Below, piece after piece: positions 25,204 to 37,238 of a stretch of 64,000 nt of DNA. The DNA comes from Curvularia clavata (lineage: Eukaryota). The notes beneath the pieces were generated by a model. That model made no database searches and was not told the origin of the DNA. It worked only from the letters and a program-made list of their open reading frames with translations. A program made the position numbers and the translations under genes. The stretch covers positions 1,674,001 through 1,738,000 of the forward strand of contig CP089276.1 in NCBI GenBank assembly GCA_023920165.1. The letters run 5' to 3'. Each line of letters starts with the position of its first letter. Positions within the stretch are counted from its first letter, which is position 1.

Positions 25204-26974
25204 CTTGATTATGGATATGGGTGTGTGGGTGGTTGGTATTAGAGATACGGGGAGGGCAGAAGCTGATAGTAAGATAGCGACTGGATGATCGACTCGAAGA
25301 TGGATCGGTAGTTGGATGCAAGGCAAACTAACTGATGGAGCTGATGATGAGAGAGAGAAGTCGAGGCAGAGAGGCAGGCGGCACATGTATTTATTTGCTC
25401 GAGGCCTGGGGAGCGCCTGGCTGGGTGTCGCCATGGCCGACCCACCGGCACTTGGGCGCCGCCGCGCATCCCAGAGCGAGGGCAGGGAAGGCGGGGCCCG
25501 TGTGTTTGGCCAGCACGCCACGCCCGCCGTGAGCAGTGAATGAAAGCACGGCGAGCGTGCACAGACGCGGGCCCACGCCTCGATTGGCAGATGGACAAGC
25601 ATTGTTCCAAGAATTCAGGCCGCTTTGTTCCTTGGACCGTTGGCTGACGCTAGGCTGGTGGCTGGATTTGCGCCGAAGCCTCTCTTGCGGCTGCCTGCCA
25701 TTGGCCTGCCTCCTGCCTCCTGCCCGCCACGCCAGCGCAGGCACACCTCTCTCACTATGGCGACCCTCACCACATCACCACCGCCTCAAACACTCTCCAA
25801 CCTCGTCCACCCCCGCCCCCGCCCGCGCACAAAGCCATCGCCAAAAATCTCTCGAATGAGGCTCGTCGCAGTGACACGCAACACCTCTCTCCACCAGCAC
25901 CTCGCTTGGGCTGCTTATCGTGACGCCAGCAAACACCCTCCCGCCCGCCGAGCGGCTGTGCCGCTAGTGTAGGCCCAGCGTCCCAGGGGCACGCCTCTAT
26001 TTTTTTTCCTGTCGTGTTGATCGTTGCCCTTGGGTGCATTGCCTCGCTCCGTCGCAACGCGGCTGCTCCACTAGCACCAGGGCTTCCATCATGCTGGCTC
26101 GCTGTCTTTCGCTCTCGCCGTTTTCGTTTTGCTAACTTTAGCACCACTGCCATCGTCGATAACGATCATCAGCAAACACTGTTTTTTTACCCCGGCAAGA
26201 ATGGGGCCGTGACATGCGACGCGTGTCCTCTTGGCCTTCGACTACGCTCACCAGCCTCACCGTGCTCGAGGTTCCCCTGGATTAGCCTGCTGCTACACGC
26301 AATCGCTTTGCACGGCGATCCCAACAATGCGCCACCGTCTCGTGCTCCTTTGCCCGTCCCAACCACTCTTGCTCTCCCCAGCCTACTGCAAGCCGCGCAT
26401 ACCAAGTCCATTCATCTTGCAGGTGCACAATCTATTGAAACATAACAATATGCAATCTGTACCTACATAGGGTGGAGCGGCTAAATGCAAGCAACCCCGG
26501 CCGTCACACCACGTCTCCGGCGGTCAACCCCAGGCCGCTAATCTCGGTTTGCAGCATATCGCAGCCAGCGATAACGAGGCGATCATGACGTCGTTTGCCT
26601 GACCTCTGACTATCTCGCGAAATTACCCATCCTTGGCCTTTTTTTTTCTTGCCTTGCTTTCTGTCTCCGTCCAGACCACGCATGAATTACGAAATGGGGA
26701 CAGGAAGGGCATAAAGATCTTTCCAGGTCAAGAAGCCGACCCGCGATCGATTCTCTCCGAATGAAACGCATGCCAAAAGGAGAATTGTCTAGACTCGTTG
26801 TGCAACCTTGCTTTTTCCGTCACACTATCCGCCCCTTGTGCCTGTACCACCTGTCCTGCCCATCCTTCTCCTTGGTGCAGAAACTCTAAAATTCCAATAC
26901 TTTCCTAGCTGCAGTTGTCTCGCTCACAGACACACACATCCAATCCAGAAGATTCGGCGTCGTCGCTTTTGACT

Positions 26975-27221
26975 ATGTTCTCCACGGAGCTACTTCTCGT
27001 ATTGCGGCTCCTTCCCAACGCTCGTGCTCGCGTCCGCCGCGCCCGTGCCCTCAGATCGTGAGCGCCAGAGGGGAAAGCAGAGCCACACGACGCCACCTCC
27101 CTCCTTCCCCAAATGGCCCCAACTTCTGACAGCCCTTTACCCACCCTCACCGCACGACGCACGTCCGCCGCACAACAATGCGCAATGGGGGGGGAAAGAA
27201 GGCAAAAGGGTGGGGCCATAA
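26975..27221 (+). pseudogene. Possible frameshifted small secreted protein
   Basis: ATG 26975 gives MFSTELLLVLRLLP. Removing one base near 27014-27018 continues into TLVLASAAPVPSD... (track ORF 27024-27221). Confidence 0.3.
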
Positions 27222-28013
27222 CAAATTCCTATCGGTCAATTGTCCACCGCTTGACGACGACAATGAATTGTTTATACGCTTCTTGAAAACTCCGGGAGAG
27301 CGACATCCATGGGCACATGCAACTATAGATGAGACTAGACCCCGGCAACCGTAGCAGAGTGCGGCATGGCTTCTGTCGTCTGGCCAGGCTGGTTACAACG
27401 GTCAAGTCGGTAGTGCAGGCGCAGGCGCGCCGTTTGCGACGGCTACCTACGCGTGCAGAATGTATGTAGGTATCCGTCTGCGCTAGAGCGGCTTGCTGCT
27501 GAGCATAAAGGGGCCAGCACCGTCAAGTTTGTAGTTTGTGTTTTTTTGATATTCACAGGGTCCTTTTCTCGGCAAGGTAACAAATATAGCCTTTCGTTGC
27601 TTCTTTCTTCACCTTTGTTTTGACCCGGTTGCCAAATCCAGCATTGCATCCGTTCCTTCAAACCACTTCTTTCTACTGTTGCTTTTGCCCGCAAGTCTCG
27701 TACCCTGCTTTTCGCTATGGTCAATATGAAAGCCGATCAATTCAATTCAAGACGATCACAGAGCAACACGCCAGTCATGTCATCACAATATGTGGAGGTA
27801 GAAGACTTGGATTAAGTTCTTAATCGTTCATATTTACTACTGCATTCTTTCAATGCTCCAACGCAAAGAGAAATGACAGTCAAACGCCAAGGTCATGATG
27901 AGGAAAAATGAACATGAAATCGCTAGGAAGGATATATAACCGATACCCCTTTTTTTGCCATACCATCCAGGAAATGGTCCCTTTCTACATTATCGTACTC
28001 ATACGAGGCTCAT

Positions 28014-30097
28014 TTATGCTCTCGCGTTCTTCTCGGTAATCTCATCACCAGAAGATCCATCCGACACGGACTTGGGCGCCATCATGGGCTCAGGACCCGT
28101 AGGGGTACCGGGAGTCGTGCGCTTGAAGTAGTTGTGCACGTCCATGTGGTCGTCCTCGTCAGCCTCGACGCCTTCCCACCCGTTCTTCTCCGAGAACTTG
28201 TGCTGCTGGCGCTCAACCCAGTCAGCGCGCATCTCGTCAATCTTCTGCTCGTAGTCAAGCTTGGCGTCATAGCCCTTGTGCTGACCACGGAAACGCTCCC
28301 ACCAGGAAAGGTGCTTCCAGTGGATGGCAATGCCGTGGTACTCGTGCTCTCGGCCGGCGCGAATGTAAGCCCAGCGACGCTCCTGCTCCTTGAGATCCAG
28401 GCCAGTCGTGTCGGGAAGGAAGAGCCAGGTGAGAATGGCACCCGCCAGACCGAACCAGGGGACAAAGTAAAACTTGGTCTGGTTGTCGATGTAGTTGTAC
28501 AGGACAGCAGCGAGGAGCGCACCAGCCTTACCGCACGCGGCACTGAAACCGTGAGCAGTAGCGCGAACGGGCGTAGGGAAGACCTCGGCAGCGACAAGGA
28601 AAGTAACACTGTTGGGTCCAAACTGGTTGAAGAAGGACGAGAGGAAGTACATGGCCTGGAAGGCGTGGATGTGCTGACGCGAGGTGAAGAAGTCCAAAGC
28701 GAATCCAGGAACCATGAAGAGGACAAAGTCGGCCATGAAACCGATAATCATCATCCACTTGCGGCCGTAGAGCTTGTTGTCAATGAGCAGCGAGGCGAGG
28801 TAGTATCCGCACAGCGAGACACCAACGTTGATCAGGTTGTACAGCCAGCCAACCATGACAGACTTGTTGCCGGGCGTGATGATGCTGATAAACTCGTTCT
28901 GGAACAGTTTGTTGCCGTAGAAGAAGACGTCGTTGGCGAACCAAGCACCAGCCGTAGCCAGCAGACGAGGGCCAAAGTAGGTGCAAGTGAGCTTCAGGGA
29001 CTGAACGTCGTATCCGGTGACATGTGCCTTCTTCTTAGAAAGCATGAGCTGCTTCGAAGCCGACTTCATCTTGTAGTAACGGAAGTAAACCAGCCAGAGC
29101 GTTCCAACAGCGGGAATGGCGAATGAAACGCGGTAGGTCCACTGAGCCAGAGTCTTGGAGTATGGTGGGGATGATCCACCGTGGAAGATGAGAAGCAGGA
29201 TGATGAGGATGACCTGGTTGAAGAACTGTCCCCAACCCTGCATCAGGAAGGCACTGGTGACCTTTCGGCCACGGTGAAGACGATCGTCCTTGGTCGAAAC
29301 CTTTCCGGAGCCGACAGCGTTCTCCATACCAGCCGTGGCAGTCATTGGGTACTCGCCTCCAACACCAATGCCGTAGAAGAAGAGAGCCCATACGTAGCAG
29401 ATGACCCAGCCGTTCTGGGTAACACCCCAAGCAGCAGTGAGCATGAGAAGACCGATGAACATGATGGTGGCATCCTGGATCAGACCGAATCGACGGCCGA
29501 GCCAGTCACCAATAACACCAACGAGAATCTGACCGACAATGATACCGCAAATCTCGAGGTAGTCGATAGCTTGCGTCCATGTCTCATCGCAGACTTCGTA
29601 AGTTTTCCAGCACCGGGGGAAAGCAGCCTGGAGCAGCGGGCGAACGTTTCCAATGGAGAAGAGTACGTAACTGGTGGGCAGGTCAGAACAAGCTATTGAA
29701 TGACGTCATGTTGTGCATCTGAGACTTACCCTTCCAAACCAAGACCAGCACCAGGAATCACACAGGTGCGGAAGTAGTGGCCAAGCGGCGCGAGGGGATC
29801 TTTCTTGAACATGTCCCAGAAGTAGCTGGCCTCAGCCTTTGCTTCTTGTGCGTCTACTGAAGCAACGAACTTTACTCGTTGACCAATGGGCAAGTCGGCC
29901 CAGTAGGTTCCTTGGGCGGTGTAGAGATCATCTGGGTGAAGCAGAGCGTGGAAGACACTGGCCTCGTTCTCGCTCATGTCTTTGCGGATGTCAATCTCTT
30001 GGGTGGCTTGATGCTCGCCGGTCATATTGGGACCATGGGGAGCAGCAACACCGTAGTCCCGAAGCGACTCTGTCGCCGAGGCGTTTGTGTTGGCCAT
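28014..30097 (-). CDS. MFS transporter, phosphate:H+ symporter (PHO84/GIT1-like) family
   Basis: GIGVGGEYP, MQGWGQ, WFANDVFFYG, QFGPNSVTFLVAAEVFPTPVRATAHGFSAACGK. Intron 29671-29729. Strong codon bias. Confidence 0.88.
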
Positions 30098-32197
30098 GGT
30101 AGGCAGTGAAGCAACGAGAACAATGGTAGAATCTCGTTGTTAGTTGCTTCTTGGAGTGGTCAAGGAAAGGCTTGTTCCAAGAGCACGGGTCGTAGCCGAA
30201 GCTTATATGGACTCGGGTGGCAGTTGAGCCCAACGGATCGCCCAGGCAGTTGGATGGGTATTTTTGCTGGATCTCACTCAACTCAGTTCCACGAAGGGTT
30301 CAGGATAGAACCACGTTGCAGAGGGCGGCTTCTGAGTGGTGGGCGCAGGGATCTGCAACCAGTGGCCCTGGACGTAGGAAATAGTACCGGACGTTCCGAT
30401 GATGGAACAACTGACTCTACTCCCGAGCGACCGTGGCAATGGATCGCTGACGTAGTCTTCAGGGAAGAAATGGCGCGCTATCCGATACTGGCGACTGCCG
30501 TGACAGCCGGAGAGGCTGTTGGGTAGGGATAGTTGAGGGCGAAAGCTCTGGCGCGGTGAGCAATGCAACGACCAGAGAAGAGGGCAGGAGCGCACAATAA
30601 GTGCGCGAACTTGAGAAAACAAAGCTGCACATTGTTCCAGGAGCCGAGATACGGTTTATAAAGGGTCCAGTTAGACGCAGAAAATTCTAGTGTAGATGGC
30701 GACGGGGATGGGTCGATGGCGAGGATGCTAGACATTGCGCAGACCCACCCAGTCCGGCAAGAACTCACGCGACAGCAAACCCCCCGTCTTTTTTTCACAA
30801 GCAGCGCGCCCTCATTGGCCGCGAGGGCAAAGCAAAAGATGGAGCGAATGCACGCCCGCGGTCTGTACCCTGCCGTGTGCCCCATTTCTGGATGTCTGCG
30901 CATGCGGTGTGCAGCTTGCCCCCCCAGATTGGGATGTGGGATCTTGTCCGGTACCTCTGGGCCATGGTGTTTTTTTCCAACTTGGCGCCAGCCAGCAATG
31001 ACGTTAGACAAGCCTTTGGCATGGCTGAGACAAGCTCTCCCAAGCAAAAAAACGACAAGGCATGGCACTGGAATCCCTGCTAGGCGGCCTCCGCCGCTGA
31101 CGCGCTCTGGTTGTGTTGCCGTCTCTCTGTGCAGTTGAGGCGGTCGTGGATCTGTTGAAGATGCACGTTGACGAGAGCCAATCAGCGGGCGCGAATCGAG
31201 GGCGTGCTGGGTTGAATGGCTGTGGGGGAGTCCGACACTACTGCCAAGCCGAGTCCGTGCCGCGCCCGCACAGGGCTGCTTAGTGCACCAACCCCCACCT
31301 TTGCATTCTCACTATCCACCTTTTGGACTTTTGGACCGCCGCTGTCGTCGCAGCTCACGACTCCAGTAACGGCGTAGAGTGACATCGTCCCGCTTACCTC
31401 CGACACACCAACGCGTCCTCGACGACTAATCGCCCAGGAAAGCTCTCGATTGTGCAATGGGAGCACTGGGATCAGGGCTCTCTTGCAATCTTCGTCTTCA
31501 TCCCCGTGCCACATTTACCATTTAGCGGGGGCATCATATTGCTATTCTCCCAAGACACTTGAATATCCTGCCCTATGAGCATTGCTTCTCCGGCGCAGAG
31601 GCATCGCTTTTGCCACAATTCCATGGGCGGGTGCTCCTAGCATCCCAGACCTGGACCCTGTTTCCATCGGCTCCATGGTCAGCATCCGACTGGAGTCCTG
31701 CTCGACTATTGCGTTCCAGACATCCTGGAGGCGGGTCACGGTATCCTCGGGCGGTACATAGGCTGTACCCACCGCCCCATGAAAAACCGGTCCAGCTGCT
31801 TGTGGAGCAACTGCACCCTGAATGCCCTCTGACTAGTCAATCCCCGTCTTTCACAACAGCCGTGATTCATTCAATTCCAAACCGAGGTACCCAGTATTAG
31901 TGGCACCTTTGATATTCATTGCTATTAATTGTGTCTAGACTAAAGTCCTTTTTGGCACTAGAACCCGACCAGTGCTGGAGTATTAGAGACTTGACCATGT
32001 TCCGGACATGTCGCTGACATGAACGCCGAACAGTGGACCTAAGTTGTGAGGATATGCAATAATACGGAAACCTTTATCCGAAAGAAAGAAACAGAAAAAA
32101 AAATATACAACAATCCTGCGCTATGCAAAACTCCAATATCACCGAGCATGACCTCAGCATGAGAAAAGTTGAAATTCGGCTACTAGCCTTGTGGGGC

Positions 32198-35100
32198 TCA
32201 GTTGAGCCAGTTCTGCCACTGGCAACGGCAACCACCAGTACCACCATCAATAGTCCCACTGACTGTTCCTTGGCCCTGAGTGCCTTTCACCAGAGTGCCC
32301 CCAAATCCTCGATCCTCAAACTGGAAGGACTTTTTCGATTCTTCGTTCTTGATCGTGCCATCATCTTCCATCTCGTAACAGTAGAGATTTTTCTTTGCTG
32401 GATTTCCACCGTGGCGGTCGATAGTGACGGTGACAGGGTACGGGAAGGTGCCGGGCCGCTTGAGCGCATCTGCGCCACCCGATGCAGACTTCTGTAGCAA
32501 TGGCTTACTGTCTTTGCTGCGAGTCCATATCTGCACCAGAAACCGTGTCTGTGAGTATGTGCACCGCAGCTTAGCAGCGTCCTTTGTGCTCCCCCCACTC
32601 GTGTCTGCTGGGTTTCCACCGCGGTTGGTGCCGTTGATCTGCTTCAGGAAGATTGAACGGTCAAAGTAGTTGTAAAAGCCGTAGTGCTCATCGTCTTTTC
32701 CTCGGTTGAACAGACGCAGAGGTTGTGCAGAAACCACGGGAAGCAGGTTCGCAGGCGCCGCAGTTCCATCAGAAGCCAGCATTGGGGGAGGTATCACGGC
32801 AGTAATGTTTGTAGGGTCGCTTGCAGCAGCTCGCTTCGCCAGACCCGATGCATTGACCGATGGATCGCTCATGGAGATGAACAAACCAGTTTCCTCGCCC
32901 TCAAAGGGAGCAGAGTTGCCGTCTGTCGTTTTTCCCAAGAAGCTCATATCTTCAGTCGAAGGTGGCGCAGGGGATGGTGACGGCGCTGCACGCATGCGAA
33001 GCAGCGACCGAATCAAGGCACCGGCTGACACTGGGTTTCCAGCCCTCTTGACACGTTGGGCTTGTGGCAATTGTGCAGCACTGCCATTCTCAAAGGTTAT
33101 TTCAATCTTGAAGTTGGGCTGGTCTGGCTTGTTTGGGGTGATAGATTGCTGGAGTTCCTTTGGCAATGCACAGCTCCACAGGGTCGTAGGCGCGACGCAG
33201 CCACTCTCCTCTTCTACTACTTCAGGTTGCGCAATAGTCATCGGGCCAGTGGGTATAGGAGGATAATCCGTCCGATTGAGCCATTGATTGCCAGTATCTG
33301 GCTGTGGCGCTGGCTGGTTGGCACTGGGCTTGTTGTCATCACCTTTCCTTGTCAATACCACAGCGACTGGGATAATAATAGCCAACAAGATGAGAAATAT
33401 CAAGCAACAGCAGCATCCCCAGAAACAAACCCCTCTCTTCTTCTTTTTCTCTTTGCCTGCGTCCTGAGGGTGCTGGCTTCGCTTCTTTCCAAATGGCCAT
33501 ATGCTTGCCATGTCACACACTTTTCGATGTTTCTTGCGTCCTTTGAGGTCTGGCGAAGATGCTTGGGAGCTGGAACGGCTGCCGTTGTCATAGCTCCAAT
33601 GTGAGCCTTTTTGAGCTGTCTTTGGGGGAGGGGCAAACACTGGAAGGCTCTGCGACGAACTGTTGGGGTTTGTAGCAGAGGAGGTTGCGGCCATCCCTTG
33701 TGGTGGTGGTGGCACTGCTGCTGATATGTGCACTTGCTGTGGAGGTGGCGGATAGTTGGCTCGGACTGGCTGACTCTCCACCAACGGCCTCCTATCCTGC
33801 AACTCTATATTAACATTGATATGCTGGTGTGATTCCTGGACTTGACGAGGCATCAGGACAGTTCCGATGGCCGCTGTAGCCAGCACTGGTGATGCAGACA
33901 TCGCTGAGAGGGGGGAAGTGACGGCTCGATGATGCTCGGGGGGCGTTTGATGATTTGTTGTCTTTTCAGAATCACCCGCCACTGAAACGCTGGCTGCTGA
34001 AGCTGCAGACGGGTGGGTTTGCAAAGGGGGCGGTGCTGAGGCTTCGGCTTTGCTCGTGCCGTACTGGATTGGTACGCTCGGCACGTCTGGCGTTCTGTCC
34101 CCATTGTATGCAGAATCCGGCCATGTTGATGACTTGGGCGTTGCAACAAACGGTGTTGTAATGACGTTCCACCATCCTTGCGACCGACGGGGGGTAGGCA
34201 CCATGGACGTATCGATGGCCAACGAGTTTTCCGCAGTCCTCGCACTTAGCGGTGTCACATCCTCCTCAAAGACAGTGCTGGTGGACATGACACGATCTTT
34301 TCTTCTAGAATCGTCGTCCTCCTCAAACGCGGTTCCAGCAGAATCCAGAGTATCGTTTCTAGCGTGACCAGAGGAGCCATGCGCGTTATCGGAACCTTGT
34401 GTTGGATGTTGAGCCATTCCAGCGGGCAGCGCGGGAACTGGCGGCACATTGGACTGGTCAAAAGCTTGCTGATAGCGAGAATAGATGCTGGGTGTGTAAT
34501 CCGATTCGGTGAAAGGTGTATCGGGCGACCAAGCTGACTTTACTGCTGCAGGAGTGATGATGATGCTTGGTGTTACCAGGGTCGTGTCACTTCCAGCGCG
34601 AGGTCGGTTTGCTTGCAGGGAGCTAAAGTCAGATATGCTGTCTGTAGGCACCGAGATGCCTATGGGAATGCGCCTGTCCCACGGAGAGATTTCTTGCCAG
34701 GACTTGGTGCTAGGTGTCATGGACGTGGCAGTGTCGACATCATTCCGATCTTGGCTCTGCTTCTTTTGGTGCATGTGTTCTGGCTGTGGCGTGCCCTTGG
34801 TGATACCCAGACCTTTGTTCTTGGTTGAGTTCCTCAATCCAAACCACGGTGATTTGCGGACAGAGCCGCCGGCTCTTTCGGATTCTTGTGGAAAGATCTG
34901 GTGTGGCTCCGTACCCCTGTGCCGAGTAAAACTAGTGTCGACGGTGATACCTGGTTTGCTTGGTCTGCCCAGCATCTCTCTTCTTCGAGTTTTCTGTCGT
35001 GAAAGGCGTCCTGAGAAGGACCTTGAACTACGCTTTGTAGTTGTCCGTTGTGCTCCGACATTGTGCTCCCATGCCTGTTGCTCATGCGTTGTGTTTCCAT

Positions 35101-35239
35101 CGAAGCTATCGTGAAAGTGTATTGATATCTGTCCCTCCTGATCTGCTCGGTTCGAATAGGAATCTTGTGGGTATTGCTCGCCTTCGAAGTAGTGTCGAGT
35201 ATTATCGGTTGATCGTAGTGGTTGGCCATACGAAGTCAT
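32198..35239 (-). CDS. Uncharacterised ~1010-aa single-pass (type II) membrane protein
   Basis: Intronless ORF. Long S/P/T-rich N-terminus, then KKKKRGVCFWGCCCCLIFLILLAIIIPVAVVL, then a Cys-containing C-terminal domain with NxS/T sequons. Confidence 0.8.
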   Translation of the reverse strand: MTSYGQPLRSTDNTRHYFEGEQYPQDSYSNRADQEGQISIHFHDSFDGNTTHEQQAWEHNVGAQRTTTKRSSRSFSGRLSRQKTRRREMLGRPSKPGITVDTSFTRHRGTEPHQIFPQESERAGGSVRKSPWFGLRNSTKNKGLGITKGTPQPEHMHQKKQSQDRNDVDTATSMTPSTKSWQEISPWDRRIPIGISVPTDSISDFSSLQANRPRAGSDTTLVTPSIIITPAAVKSAWSPDTPFTESDYTPSIYSRYQQAFDQSNVPPVPALPAGMAQHPTQGSDNAHGSSGHARNDTLDSAGTAFEEDDDSRRKDRVMSTSTVFEEDVTPLSARTAENSLAIDTSMVPTPRRSQGWWNVITTPFVATPKSSTWPDSAYNGDRTPDVPSVPIQYGTSKAEASAPPPLQTHPSAASAASVSVAGDSEKTTNHQTPPEHHRAVTSPLSAMSASPVLATAAIGTVLMPRQVQESHQHINVNIELQDRRPLVESQPVRANYPPPPQQVHISAAVPPPPQGMAATSSATNPNSSSQSLPVFAPPPKTAQKGSHWSYDNGSRSSSQASSPDLKGRKKHRKVCDMASIWPFGKKRSQHPQDAGKEKKKKRGVCFWGCCCCLIFLILLAIIIPVAVVLTRKGDDNKPSANQPAPQPDTGNQWLNRTDYPPIPTGPMTIAQPEVVEEESGCVAPTTLWSCALPKELQQSITPNKPDQPNFKIEITFENGSAAQLPQAQRVKRAGNPVSAGALIRSLLRMRAAPSPSPAPPSTEDMSFLGKTTDGNSAPFEGEETGLFISMSDPSVNASGLAKRAAASDPTNITAVIPPPMLASDGTAAPANLLPVVSAQPLRLFNRGKDDEHYGFYNYFDRSIFLKQINGTNRGGNPADTSGGSTKDAAKLRCTYSQTRFLVQIWTRSKDSKPLLQKSASGGADALKRPGTFPYPVTVTIDRHGGNPAKKNLYCYEMEDDGTIKNEESKKSFQFEDRGFGGTLVKGTQGQGTVSGTIDGGTGGCRCQWQNWLN

Positions 35240-37238
35240 GGTGACGTTGACCGGTGCCTCGTGCTGAGGCCGAATCTCAAAACGCAAAGAAGTAGTGGAT
35301 ATGGGTTGCTGTCAAAGAAGGTCTTGATATTAATGCCTTTTGAAGTGAAACTGAGACGATTAATTGGCGCTGGTATTGTTGCTGCTATTGTCTGGCGCCA
35401 GTGACTGCAAGGTAACAAAAAAACAAACAAACGCAATTCACACAATGCGATGGTATGTGCAAGAAATGGGAGCGACAGAGAGGTGATGAAGAAACCAAAA
35501 GTACGAGAAAGGAGATGAATGAGGCTGCCGTCCGAACATGCGACTCAGGCTCTTTTGGTGGGTTTTAATGAACCTGGCAAACCATTGCCATAGTCCAAGA
35601 TGCATAGCTCTCTGGCTTGGATGTCATGTCTGGCCTATGGCATTGCAGAAGCGCCTGCCACGTCCCAGCGAGTCCAAGCTCGCCGAAGGCAGTAGGCATT
35701 GTCTACGAGTCCAGAGTCAAGGTGATTGGAGCCGCCCAGTGGAGCTGCTTCATGGCGAGCGCCATGTTTGCGGGCTCGAGGCTCCGTAACCGCCCTGGAT
35801 TCGCTGGCGTGGAAAATGTACAACTCTATGTGAGATCCGAGACGCTCCAGATGTATCGCTTGATGTCGTGTCCAGCGAAATATGGATATGGACCAGTCAG
35901 AGGGCAGGGCAGCGTACCTCAGGCGCCAGGCCAGGCACGATAGTCACCAACGGTTGGTGATGGAGGCGCCGCCAAGACGACGCTAGTCCGCAGTGCTTGC
36001 CGGGGGCTCTGTATGCGCCGGTCCGGGAAGGTACCTGGCGTTCTGTCTTCAAGGCTTTGCCGGAAGTTTTCTCAAAGCTAGCATGGCGTTTTTTTTCCCA
36101 CCACGCATGGACACAAGAGACACAACGGGTAGTGCAACGCGCTTGATGTCTGCTTAGCAGCGCTCTGCACCGCCACCGGTTCACAGACGGTTTATATATG
36201 CTCTCGCCCTAGGCGCTGCGTATATACACTGCACCTACTGCGCATATAGCGTCCTACTGTGCAAACTGTACAGCGTCTTCTTCATGTAGCGTATTGGCAC
36301 TAGATCAGCATCTGGGTCACGTGCTGCACAACACAGCCCAGAGGATTTGGCTGTGCACTTCAGAATATGTACAATGTGCTGAGAGCACGTGAGAGACGCC
36401 AGCTGTCTTCTCCGCAACTGACAGCCGCCCTGGCGACCCACGGCCACTGATATGGCCCTGCTGCCGTATGCCGACTAGCCATGCCCCTGCAACCATCCAC
36501 ATTCAAACTGTCTTTATTACCGTGCCGCGCCAAGGGATTGGACAGCCTCACCAGCTCCTCTGCTCTTATCCTGCCCTATCTGCACACCGCCGCCGAGCTA
36601 TCGGTTGCCTGCTCATCTTCCCAGTGTCGCTGTGTGGCAGCGTAGAGCCGTCAACAGCGACTTTGCGCCATGCGAAGTGGGGTCGTCTAGCCTGGTTAGT
36701 GGCCCTCCTTTCACGTATACGCCAAGCGGCGGACTCGACAGTAATTTGGTTATCGCGAGAATCTCCTTTCTCACCGTCGCCGACTCGGTCTTCCTCTCGA
36801 GCCAAATATCCCCTGTCTCTCGCTCCCTTCATTGTGCTCCCATATTGCCTCGATCCGACGTTTCGCCGCGCCACCGCTTTGCTCCTGCCTCTCAAGCACA
36901 CCCGCCAGCTGTCCTATATACCAAATACCTGCCTCCTAGCACTACCTGCAATTGCACATTACCGGCTTCCTCTCCCACCAAGCCTTGCAGCGGTGTATTG
37001 CCTATAGCCCACGCCGCCTACCCACGCCCCTAACGTCACGCTGGCTTCACAATCCTCCTTCTCCGCTTCCTCTGGCCAACGGAGAAGGCGCTCGTCTGCT
37101 GCAAGACAAGCGCCATCCAACATTACCCTTCCTGATACAGCCGAATCGCGGAGCAGGCTCGGCACAACCAGCGGTCTCTCAGGCCGCTCTCTGGGTGAAG
37201 GCCTGCCCACAATACCGGGTACGCCAGGCATCGCAAAC

